A DNA stretch of 64,000 nucleotides, taken from the IMG/VR virus record IMGVR_UViG_3300033233_000019, positions 1-64,000 of that record. The stretch is one strand, 5' to 3'. Below are positions 47,108-55,855 of the stretch, in pieces (position 1 is the stretch's first letter; the number at the start of each line of letters is the position of its first letter). This DNA comes from a virus. The notes beneath the pieces are model-generated. The model ran no database searches and was not told the origin of the DNA. It saw nothing but the letters and a program-made list of their open reading frames with translations. A program made the position numbers and the translations under genes.

Positions 47108-47596
47108 ATGGCAGATGTACAAGAATCTTATCCTCTACCGACAACTGGTCTTCTGAAGCCGACTGAAATCGTGCTGACTGGTTCTGGTCTTTCCACATTG
47201 GTTACCGCGAGACGCTACATGGTCACGCTGTCGCTTAATGGAACCAGTTCCGTCGCCGTGACTGCGGCTGCGAAGGACATTGCTGGTGCCGATCCGTCTT
47301 ACACAGGAGCGTTTCATTGGGTTGCGCGGAATGCTGCGCCTCAAGCTGCAAACGCTGGTGATGTGGTCGAGTCTTATCCGGTTTCCACTGACGGTGTTGT
47401 GGCGAACATTGCTTCGTTCAACTCCGACAAGTCGGTTGCGGCTCTGACTTCGGCTTCTAATCCGCCTACTGTGTATGCACACACGGTTGGTGAAGCACTG
47501 GTCGAGTGCTTCGTTCCGTCCTTCGACGTTGACGGTGCAAACGACTACCTGAAGGGTGGCGTTTACACAGAGTTGATTGTCATTGTGACTCCGTAA
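47108..47596 (+). CDS. Ig-like virion (decoration) protein
   Basis: Beta-rich; S.DKSVA motif of Big_2-like domains; follows the capsid gene. Confidence 0.55.
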   Translation: MADVQESYPLPTTGLLKPTEIVLTGSGLSTLVTARRYMVTLSLNGTSSVAVTAAAKDIAGADPSYTGAFHWVARNAAPQAANAGDVVESYPVSTDGVVANIASFNSDKSVAALTSASNPPTVYAHTVGEALVECFVPSFDVDGANDYLKGGVYTELIVIVTP

Positions 47597-47666
47597 TTCA
47601 AAATCGGGGCAGTGAAATTGAGAAAGTAACTGCCCCACTAACTAAGCGGAGAGGAAAGGAAAGCTA

Positions 47667-47993
47667 ATGTCTGAAGTAAACGCTTCATTAACAAAACGTG
47701 TTGGTACAAGCGACATTAACTACGAGAACTATCAGGTTGCGGCAACTTCTAGTTCCTTCCCTAAGACCATTGTCTCCCGTGACACAGGTACGATTTTGGG
47801 TACAGTTCCACCGGGTCAGGCTGGTCTGAAGTTGGTTGATGGAACGCAGCAACAGTCTGTTGCTCGTGTATGCGCCGTTCCTCGTCAGACTGTTGGTGGA
47901 GTCGCAATGGACGGTGATGGTAACTTCATCCGTAAGGAAGATGATGCCACTTATCGTGGTAATGCGGCTGGCTACAGCAATCTTGGCGAGTAA
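47667..47993 (+). CDS. virion structural protein
   Basis: 108 aa with RBS in the head module. Confidence 0.6.
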   Translation: MSEVNASLTKRVGTSDINYENYQVAATSSSFPKTIVSRDTGTILGTVPPGQAGLKLVDGTQQQSVARVCAVPRQTVGGVAMDGDGNFIRKEDDATYRGNAAGYSNLGE

Positions 47994-48043
47994 GAGAGTT
48001 TCATTAGCGAGTCACTTGTGACCCGCTATTAAAGCTTTCTTTT
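47994..48043 (+). terminator. intrinsic terminator-like long hairpin
   Basis: GAGAGTTT..TAGCG.GTCAC-TT-GTGAC.CGCTA..AAAGCTTTC then TTTTT. Confidence 0.55.
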
Positions 48044-48224
48044 GGATAACTATCAAAAGGGATGTAAGGTCGGATTACCTGAACCCTGAGTAGACGGTGA
48101 GTCCAATAGGCAAGCATTCATCCGGCCAGATGGTGTCTTGCTGCCCAATACGAAACGTAGATTGCCATCCCAACAATCACTGTACAGGCGTTTTCGTGTT
48201 GCGGTCTTTTCTTAGGAGGAAAGA

Positions 48225-48836
48225 ATGGGGAGCACAGTAGGCAAAGAAAAAGCACCGTGGGAGTCGTATTCAGCTACGTTTGAAGAGAAGCTCGATCCGC
48301 AGTTGGAAGAAGCTATTAAACGATATGCTGAAACTGCACACGGAAAAACAAGCAACCAAAACGCCGAAGAGTTGTGTCGGCAAAAAGAAATCAGTGCCGA
48401 AGTTGCAAAAGAGTATCAGTGGGTAACTCCCGACGAGTATGCAGACGAAGGGCCGCGAATAGGCAAGGTTCTGCATTCATCGGAATTGATTACGCTGCTG
48501 AGAAACAAATGCAAGCTTCGCTGTTGGTATCGTGACCATCCTCAAGCTAGAAAGGTCACGCTCGTTGTTCAACGTTGGGCGCAGATTCCCGAAGTCGGCT
48601 GTTGGGTTCAGCTTGGCTTCATGCCAGAGTACACGATCATGGGTTTCGACGATCATGGCGTGCCATTGGCAGAAAGATATCGGGGCTGGCGCACATGTAT
48701 TTTGCAGTTGATTTTGAAGGGGCTTATCGCTGAAGAACTTGCCAACAAGGTCTTCGGATATGCTCATGGGACTGTTTCAGAGCGGTATCTTGAAACGCTG
48801 TATGGTTTCAGGAATCGCCGTTTTGCAGTGATCTAA
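48225..48836 (+). CDS. hypothetical protein
   Basis: AGGAGG RBS; 203 aa. Confidence 0.7.
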   Translation: MGSTVGKEKAPWESYSATFEEKLDPQLEEAIKRYAETAHGKTSNQNAEELCRQKEISAEVAKEYQWVTPDEYADEGPRIGKVLHSSELITLLRNKCKLRCWYRDHPQARKVTLVVQRWAQIPEVGCWVQLGFMPEYTIMGFDDHGVPLAERYRGWRTCILQLILKGLIAEELANKVFGYAHGTVSERYLETLYGFRNRRFAVI

Positions 48837-48902
48837 CCGGAACGCCGGAATATAAATGTGATGTAGCCGGAACAACCGGGATAGAAATTGTGGAGTAATA
48901 CA

Positions 48903-49448
48903 ATGACAGAAGAAAATCAGCAAGAACAGTTGTCACCCGAAGAGTTTGAGAAGAAACGTCAGAGACTTGAACTTCGTCGGTTGGAAGCGGATACGCAGGA
49001 CATTGAAGAGCGTTTGGCAGAGCGCGAAATGAAGCGCGAAACCAAGCGTCAACGCAGCATCAACAACGGCCAGACATTGCGCCAGATCGAAGCCAGCACA
49101 AAGGCTGTGCAAGAACATTGCAACCATAAAAAGGGCGGCAGTGGAGCACAGGGATTTATTGCCGGTGAGGGCGATGATTCTCAGTACTCCGTGCTGAAGC
49201 ATCGTATGCCCATGGGCGACGTGTGGGTTCGCTGTCTGCGCTGCGGTAAAACATGGAAGCCACCCGTGGAGTCGAAGTACACGGTTAAGGGCAAGTTTGA
49301 CCAAGACGCATTCAACGCTGCCGTGCGCGAGTACGAGTCAGCAGTTGCGTTTCAGACTCGTAACCAGACGAGCGGATCGATTCAGTTCCGGGCTTCTGAC
49401 GGCGGTAAGCACTTCCGTGAAGTCACCAAAGATGTGAATTTGCGTTAA
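48903..49448 (+). CDS. coiled-coil / zinc-binding hypothetical protein
   Basis: C.HKKGG...CLRC; GGAG RBS. Confidence 0.7.
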   Translation: MTEENQQEQLSPEEFEKKRQRLELRRLEADTQDIEERLAEREMKRETKRQRSINNGQTLRQIEASTKAVQEHCNHKKGGSGAQGFIAGEGDDSQYSVLKHRMPMGDVWVRCLRCGKTWKPPVESKYTVKGKFDQDAFNAAVREYESAVAFQTRNQTSGSIQFRASDGGKHFREVTKDVNLR

Positions 49449-49549
49449 CCTGCGGTAAGCATGTCGGCCTACAGTGCCGACTACGTGCCTATAAAAGGCA
49501 TTCGGTGAAACTCCGAGCAATCGCCCGTTATAGCCGGGCGCTAAATTTA

Positions 49550-49954
49550 ATGATAAAAACACACTGCAAGAACGGTCACGCATTGACCAAGGATAATTTA
49601 GTATTACGAAAGAACGGTTACGCGCAATGCCGTGTGTGCTTTAATAAGTCGGCTAAAGAATGCACCAAACGCTGGCGCACTAGGCATCCAGACAAGGCTA
49701 AATACAGTAAACTAAAATATCGTTACGGTGTTACTCCTGAACAGTATGAAACAATGTATGAACAGCAAGAAGGAAAATGCATTTTGCCTTCATGTGGTCG
49801 CCCTATAAACGCAACCAATCACGATCACGTTTCTGGATTGCTTCGTGGTTTGATGTGCAAAGAACACAATATAGCACTTGGATTATTTTCTGATAGTCCT
49901 AAGCTGCTAAGAGAAGCGGCTGAGTATTTAGAAAGGTTCATTTATGGCAGGTAA
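49550..49954 (+). CDS. endonuclease VII-family protein with N-terminal THCKNGH zinc module
   Basis: THCKNGH...CRVC; YGVT..Q.GKC...HDH..GLLRGLMC..HN..LG. Confidence 0.8.
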   Translation: MIKTHCKNGHALTKDNLVLRKNGYAQCRVCFNKSAKECTKRWRTRHPDKAKYSKLKYRYGVTPEQYETMYEQQEGKCILPSCGRPINATNHDHVSGLLRGLMCKEHNIALGLFSDSPKLLREAAEYLERFIYGR

Positions 49955-51056
49955 CTCGACTATTTCCTTACAGAGCGTGGTTGATGATGCCCTGTCAATG
50001 GGAGACATTGCGCCAGCTTTGTCTACAGGTGGCTTCAGCGATCAGCCAGCACTCTCGATTGCTAACGACGTTTTAAACGCAATGCTTTTGGGTGGCCCCG
50101 GTGGGGAGCCGTTTAACTGGAAGTGGAACCGTTTCTTCGTCCAACCTTTCGCAACGATTTCGTTGCAGCAAGACTATTTCGTACCCGGTAACATTAGGCT
50201 TGGGTGGTTAGAGTCTGCCTTCGCAGTAGATATCAACAACACTTCCATTCCAAAACCTAAGCGTTCCATCGAATGTCATCGTGACCTTCTGCCTACGGAC
50301 GCGCAAACAGGCTATCCCGGCAAAATGTGCTGGATTCCAAATGATCAGTGTCTCACAGGAACATGGGGTCAACATCCGTTAGGCCCGACTTCTGTGGGTT
50401 CACCCGGTGAGCAAACTGGCGGGGCAAGCATCACAGGTGCTCAGAACCCCGGCCCGAATGTGATATACACCGATCCTGTTGGAACAACCAATCAGCCAGT
50501 CAACGCGACCACAATCATCACCGATCCCAACGGCAACCTTTGGGTTGTCACTACATACGGTCAGTGCGGCGCTACACAACCCGTGTGGCCTACAAATCCG
50601 GTGTACCCGACTCTCGCAAGTCCAAATACAGTTGCGACTACGCAGACCGATGGGTCAGTCGTGTGGACAGCCATCAACCCGAAAGGGCAGGGCTTCCGGT
50701 TGAATCCGATTCCGCCCGTTACAGGCATTAGCTGGTTAGTCCAGCCAATCGCTCAGTTGCGTCCGACGCGCTTCACTGCGCTGGCAAACACGCTTGAGCC
50801 GATTCCCGACGACTACGAGAAATATTTCAAGCAGGGATTCTTTGCACAGTGCTATCGCAGAAATCCCGATCAAAAAGTTCGCGCTCGATTCACAGAAGAG
50901 TGGGCGCTGTTCATGCGTGATTTGGACATGGCAGTTCGTTCCGGTCAGCGTGAAATGGATGACTTCGGATTCTATCCGGGTCAGTCAATCATGGATGCAG
51001 GTACTGCTTTTAATCCCATAAATCCAGCCATGCCATATGGGGTTTGGAATGGCTAA
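49944..51056 (+). CDS. head-tail adaptor / tail tubular A-like protein
   Basis: Position; PFNWKWNR, GWLESA, PIPDDY; paralog of 52211 gene. Confidence 0.6.
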   Translation: MAGNSTISLQSVVDDALSMGDIAPALSTGGFSDQPALSIANDVLNAMLLGGPGGEPFNWKWNRFFVQPFATISLQQDYFVPGNIRLGWLESAFAVDINNTSIPKPKRSIECHRDLLPTDAQTGYPGKMCWIPNDQCLTGTWGQHPLGPTSVGSPGEQTGGASITGAQNPGPNVIYTDPVGTTNQPVNATTIITDPNGNLWVVTTYGQCGATQPVWPTNPVYPTLASPNTVATTQTDGSVVWTAINPKGQGFRLNPIPPVTGISWLVQPIAQLRPTRFTALANTLEPIPDDYEKYFKQGFFAQCYRRNPDQKVRARFTEEWALFMRDLDMAVRSGQREMDDFGFYPGQSIMDAGTAFNPINPAMPYGVWNG

Positions 51057-51477
51057 CATAAAGACGCATTGCAAGAATGGTCATGAATTCACAGAAGAAA
51101 ATAGTCGTTGGACTATTAAAGACAATGGAAAACGCCGTCGTATTTGTCGTATTTGCAACAACGAGTATCATCGCCAAATACGACATACAAATCCTTCTGC
51201 TAGAGACAAGATTCGTAAATACGAACGCGAGTACAAATTAAAATATAAGTACGGTGTTACCGCCGATATGTGGAGAAACATGTTTGAGAAACAAGGCGGC
51301 TGTTGTGCCGGATGTAACACTTCATTTGAATTTGTAACGCCCTGTGTGGATCATTGCCACATTACTAATGATTTTCGCGGACTACTTTGTCATGCCTGTA
51401 ATCGCGGAATTGGTCTTTTGAAAGATAGTCCTGAACTTTTAGAAAAACTGGCAACTTATTTGAAAAATAACCACTGA
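51049..51477 (+). CDS. endonuclease VII-family protein with THCKNGH module
   Basis: THCKNGHEF...CRIC; VDHCH..FRGLLCHACNRGIG. Confidence 0.85.
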   Translation: MANIKTHCKNGHEFTEENSRWTIKDNGKRRRICRICNNEYHRQIRHTNPSARDKIRKYEREYKLKYKYGVTADMWRNMFEKQGGCCAGCNTSFEFVTPCVDHCHITNDFRGLLCHACNRGIGLLKDSPELLEKLATYLKNNH

Positions 51478-51560
51478 ACAGAGGAACCCTAATTCAAGGG
51501 TACAGTGGCTTTACCGTTGTCGTGCTCTGGTTTAGAAAGACGGTAAACAGGAATTACATC

Positions 51561-52202
51561 GTGAAACATTTTTTGCTGTCTATCATTCTTGCATTGTCAC
51601 TGTTGACACAGACCTGTGTCGCGCAGCCAAACATCAGAGAAACTCAACACGCAGCAATGCACTGGCTGCTGTTTCAAACTGAAAAAGATGCATGGTATTG
51701 CACCGGATATGCAATTTCGGAGCACGCAGTTTTAACAGCGGGACATTGTGATGAACCCGGCATGTCGGTATCATTTGATAAGGAACTGGAACTAAAGCCA
51801 GCACCAACTGAAATCACTGCAAAGTATTTTGATGGCAATGATCATATGATTTTTGTGGTGCCTTCTATTACATTTGCTGATACAGTATACTATAACCCAA
51901 AAAAATATAAGCTGCCCAAGCAAGGTGAGCATGTTTACTATTGGGGTAATCCTGAACGTCACCGAGATTTGTATCGTGAGGGTTATATGTCAGGTATTGA
52001 TCCCGATCCCGATACCGATCTACGCACAAAAGATGCAGGAATTTACTTCATCATAAACGCTGCTCCCGGCGATAGTGGTTCAGTTGTTTTTGCCGAAAAT
52101 GGTCGCATTGTTTCAATGGTTAGCGCATCGGGCGACAGTACAATTATGCTTGGTTATCCGCTGGCATTCACACCAGAGCAGGTAGCTGAAGCCGAAAAGT
52201 AA
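51561..52202 (+). CDS. secreted trypsin-like serine protease
   Basis: Signal peptide; LTAGHC, D, GDSGS triad motifs. Confidence 0.85.
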   Translation: MKHFLLSIILALSLLTQTCVAQPNIRETQHAAMHWLLFQTEKDAWYCTGYAISEHAVLTAGHCDEPGMSVSFDKELELKPAPTEITAKYFDGNDHMIFVVPSITFADTVYYNPKKYKLPKQGEHVYYWGNPERHRDLYREGYMSGIDPDPDTDLRTKDAGIYFIINAAPGDSGSVVFAENGRIVSMVSASGDSTIMLGYPLAFTPEQVAEAEK

Positions 52203-52210
52203 AGGAATCT

Positions 52211-53110
52211 ATGGCAAGTACAATCACGCTGCTGCAAACAATGGAGTGGGCTAAGAAGCTGAACTTCAATCGTAGTTCTGCTATCGGGAACTATCTTGAA
52301 CCAGCCATGACGAGCGCAAACATTGTGAAGCAAGCAATCCTTGGCGCACCGTTTGAGTGGCGCTGGAATCGCAAAGAATACGCTTGGACATGTGTCAACC
52401 CGGCAACAGTTTGGGCCGCAGTCACCGTGTACGCTTTGAATTTTCGTTTCAAAGACCCGAATGGAAACATTCAGATGGTCACTGCTATCGGATCGGCTCC
52501 GCACAAAAGCGGTGTTGTCCAGCCTACTTGGAGCACCAACACAGCAGGTAACGGAACAACCGCAGATGGCGATCTAGTATGGACGGTGTTTGATCTTCAG
52601 ACATACCAAGTGAGCGTTCCTGATTTTGGCTGGATCGAGCACGCATCCGTGCAAGATATCGGCCAGTCTCCTGCTAAATGGTATTCAGTTCAGCCACAGT
52701 TGTCTTTAGCTTTGGATTCTTCCCAAGCTCGTCCAACAAAGATTTCGGCACATACAGATGATCTTAACGGCAACATTGGTTTCGTGCTTATGCCTGTACC
52801 TGACAAAGCATACCCGATGAACATCCACATTCAGAAGAAAGCTTCGCTGTTCACGAGCGTAAACGACACATGGTCACCGATCCCCGATGAGTATTCTTAC
52901 ATCTACAGTTGGGGTTTCTTGGCGTTGATGTACATGTTTGCTGATGATCCAAGATTCAACATGGCTAATCAAAAATTCGTCGCACATCTGTTGGCTAACA
53001 ACGAAGGTCTGACTGAGACTGAAAAGAATATGTTCTTGGGTAATTGGGGTGGTATTACAGGCTCCGAAATCGCCAGAGGGCAGCAAGGCGCTCAAGCAAG
53101 ACAAGTTTAA
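52211..53110 (+). CDS. head-tail adaptor paralog
   Basis: MASTITL, PFEWRWNR, GWIEHA, PIPDEY shared with 49944 gene. Confidence 0.6.
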   Translation: MASTITLLQTMEWAKKLNFNRSSAIGNYLEPAMTSANIVKQAILGAPFEWRWNRKEYAWTCVNPATVWAAVTVYALNFRFKDPNGNIQMVTAIGSAPHKSGVVQPTWSTNTAGNGTTADGDLVWTVFDLQTYQVSVPDFGWIEHASVQDIGQSPAKWYSVQPQLSLALDSSQARPTKISAHTDDLNGNIGFVLMPVPDKAYPMNIHIQKKASLFTSVNDTWSPIPDEYSYIYSWGFLALMYMFADDPRFNMANQKFVAHLLANNEGLTETEKNMFLGNWGGITGSEIARGQQGAQARQV

Positions 53111-53166
53111 ACTTGAAGAAGGAAATTCTGCATAGGCGAGAATGCCGGAAAGACACGGTATAATCT

Positions 53167-53469
53167 ATGGCAGCACCAACTTTTGTTGATCCATCCGGCG
53201 CACCAATTGCCAATGGCGTTATGGTTGTCAGCTTGAATGCTGACGCAAAATCGTCACTTGGGCAGGTTCACAGCCAGCGCACAAGATTTGCACTCGACTC
53301 TACAGGTACACCTGATGTGTCCGCAGTGCAACTTTTGTCGTCTCTAGCAAACAACTATGACAGCAACAACACTCCGTCGTATTCCGTAACGGTGTACAAC
53401 GCTTTAGGTGAACGAGTTTGGGGGCCAAGCATTCCGGGCGATCCGGCGCTTCCGTCTCCTCTTCAGTAA
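53167..53469 (+). CDS. tail fibre-associated protein
   Basis: Resembles N-terminus of next gene (F.D..G....G....L..D, G...WGP). Confidence 0.55.
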   Translation: MAAPTFVDPSGAPIANGVMVVSLNADAKSSLGQVHSQRTRFALDSTGTPDVSAVQLLSSLANNYDSNNTPSYSVTVYNALGERVWGPSIPGDPALPSPLQ

Positions 53470-53477
53470 AGGAAAAC

Positions 53478-54386
53478 ATGCCAGCAACAAAAACAAAATT
53501 GATTGGTGGATTGTTCCAAGACGCAGACGGTGTTGTCCTGAACAAAGGCTATTTGCTCTTTGAGTTGTCACACGACTCACAGGTTACAGGATTGATCACT
53601 CAGGTTTGCGCTGGTGTGAATATCAAGATCACCCTAAATTCCAGTGGTAGCGTTGACCAGACTGTAGCCCAATACATTTGGGGTAACGACGATCTGCTTC
53701 CAATCAACAGTTTTTATACAGTCGCGGGTTACACTGCGGCTGGTCAGCTTGCTTGGGGGCCGAATCACCAGCAAGTAACAAGCGGCGCAACGTTCGACGT
53801 TGGCACTTGGGTTCCTGACCTGTTGACTAATTGGAATCCTCCTCTTCAGTCGCCAGAACTCGACACAAACGGAGTACTGAACGGCAATCAAGCCAAGCTG
53901 AATTTGAAAAACGGTAAGAACATCGCCATCACGGATGCGGGTAACGGTGACGTTACAATCGCTGGCCCAACATTCGCTGGCGGAAAAAACATCACGGTCA
54001 CAGGAAACACTTCAGGCGGCGCTGGAACAGTAACTATTGCTGAGATTTCTACTCCTTACGACATTGGTATTCCGATTGTCGGACAGCCAGATGCCAGCGA
54101 GTCAATCGGCTACATCATTCCACGAGCAGTTACCTTCCTTGGAAATTTCTCAGGATCGTATGCTACGAGCGCAGTAGCTTCTGCCGGAACGATTGTTTTT
54201 GTGATCAAGAAAAACAATGCTCAGGTCGGCACTGTCACTTTCACTGCAAGTGTGACAGGTGTTTTTGCTTCAACAAGCGGCTTACCAGTATCGTTTGCCG
54301 CAGCAGATTTGCTTGAATTAGTTGCCCCGGCAGTTGTCGATGCAACGTGGGCGAACGGAAGATTTACGATTGTTGGGAGCCGATAA
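53478..54386 (+). CDS. tail fibre / receptor-binding protein
   Basis: Gly/Thr-rich; GKNI.IT repeats; C-terminal beta domain. Confidence 0.65.
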   Translation: MPATKTKLIGGLFQDADGVVLNKGYLLFELSHDSQVTGLITQVCAGVNIKITLNSSGSVDQTVAQYIWGNDDLLPINSFYTVAGYTAAGQLAWGPNHQQVTSGATFDVGTWVPDLLTNWNPPLQSPELDTNGVLNGNQAKLNLKNGKNIAITDAGNGDVTIAGPTFAGGKNITVTGNTSGGAGTVTIAEISTPYDIGIPIVGQPDASESIGYIIPRAVTFLGNFSGSYATSAVASAGTIVFVIKKNNAQVGTVTFTASVTGVFASTSGLPVSFAAADLLELVAPAVVDATWANGRFTIVGSR

Positions 54387-55480
54387 TGAGTACACCTGTC
54401 GTTTACACAATTTCGTCGCCAAACGGCAGCGCAGATAGATCAGTTACAGGCTATGCCTCCGCATTGAAGCAGCTTTTGTTATTCAACGCTGCATCAGGAA
54501 CTTTCTTAAATGTGGACGGAACAGCCTTCACGCTTTCATCGTTTACTCCTGATCCTAATGCTGGCGGAAGTCAGTTTCAATGTGCTGGCCCAATGTCTTC
54601 GGGCTGCGATGCTGCGGGAAATTGGTACAGTAACCTTGATAGTAGTCCTCATTATGTCGAAAAGTATGATAAGGCTTCTAAGCTGAAGCTTACGTCTAAC
54701 ACAGACTTTCCGACAGTAGGTTCGTTAGGGCCACCATCGGTCAACGTTCAAAAAGACAATTCTAGCATCGAGCACGTCGTGGCATTCGAGGACAATGCGG
54801 GTCAAATCGCAGTGTGGGATACAGGTATGCTGTTGCAAGGTTATGCGTTTGTTCGCAATCCTTCTGGTGCTGTATCGAACTCGTCATTCACTTCATGCTA
54901 CGACAAAAACGGTTTGCTTTGGGGATTGACCAACACTTCACTTAGCAACAACGGAAATTCCAATCTAGTGTCTATCGATCCGGCTGGCGGTTCAACTGGA
55001 AACAACTTCAACACTGTGGCATGGTTTACTGTTGCAGGAGTGACATACGGGCAATCGATGGCAATGTGGTATGTTGCTTCTGATCACTCATTGGTCTTAG
55101 CAACTCGTACCGGGTTTTTGATCAAATGGGATATCGCCACTCATTCTATTGTCGCAAACGTTGATCACTCAGCACAACTTGGAAGTCAAGATTATGGAAC
55201 TGCTGCTGGATGGGCAAAGACCGGAACCCTGCTAAACGATAAGATTCACTTTGGCGGACTGAATGGCGTTCTGTATGTGTTCAATGCAGTGACTTTGGCA
55301 ATTGACACTACTTACAATTTCCGAACAATTCTAAGCAACGGTACGTTTGGCTGGCCTGTTCTTCCGCTCCAATATTTTCCTGAGCAACAGCTTGTAGTAA
55401 TCAACTACACTGGAAATACTTGGAAGATTGTGCAGCTTGCCCCTAAAACGCATCGAAGAATGATTTTCATCAACACATAA
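54386..55480 (+). CDS. beta-propeller-like virion protein
   Basis: Ser/Asn/Thr-rich repeated beta strands (D..G..W, IAVWD, LIKWD). Confidence 0.55.
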   Translation: MSTPVVYTISSPNGSADRSVTGYASALKQLLLFNAASGTFLNVDGTAFTLSSFTPDPNAGGSQFQCAGPMSSGCDAAGNWYSNLDSSPHYVEKYDKASKLKLTSNTDFPTVGSLGPPSVNVQKDNSSIEHVVAFEDNAGQIAVWDTGMLLQGYAFVRNPSGAVSNSSFTSCYDKNGLLWGLTNTSLSNNGNSNLVSIDPAGGSTGNNFNTVAWFTVAGVTYGQSMAMWYVASDHSLVLATRTGFLIKWDIATHSIVANVDHSAQLGSQDYGTAAGWAKTGTLLNDKIHFGGLNGVLYVFNAVTLAIDTTYNFRTILSNGTFGWPVLPLQYFPEQQLVVINYTGNTWKIVQLAPKTHRRMIFINT

Positions 55481-55489
55481 GGATAGAAC

Positions 55490-55855
55490 ATGGCTAATAG
55501 ATTACCTGATGGCGAAGCTTCTTGTAATTCGGTTTATGATAACTACATTCAAAACTCCAAAAGACGGGGTTTGTCGTTTGAGCTAACCAAAGAAGAAGCA
55601 AAAAGTCTGTTTACATCGAATTGTTATTATTGTGGTGTTGAGCCATCAAAATTTCGCCAGCCTAAAAACAGGATTCGTTCAGGATTCATGTACAACGGTA
55701 TCGACCGGGTAAACAATGAAATTGGGTACACGGCAGATAATTGTGTAACATGTTGTTTTGTCTGTAACCGCATGAAATACATTTTGTCGCAAAAAGAGTT
55801 TTTGGAACATATAAGCCGAATTGCAGCTTATAGGATTGGCGGATTAAATGCCTAA
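55490..55855 (+). CDS. HNH-like endonuclease
   Basis: CYYCG...NGIDRVNNEIGY..DNCVTCCFVCNRMK. Confidence 0.8.
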   Translation: MANRLPDGEASCNSVYDNYIQNSKRRGLSFELTKEEAKSLFTSNCYYCGVEPSKFRQPKNRIRSGFMYNGIDRVNNEIGYTADNCVTCCFVCNRMKYILSQKEFLEHISRIAAYRIGGLNA

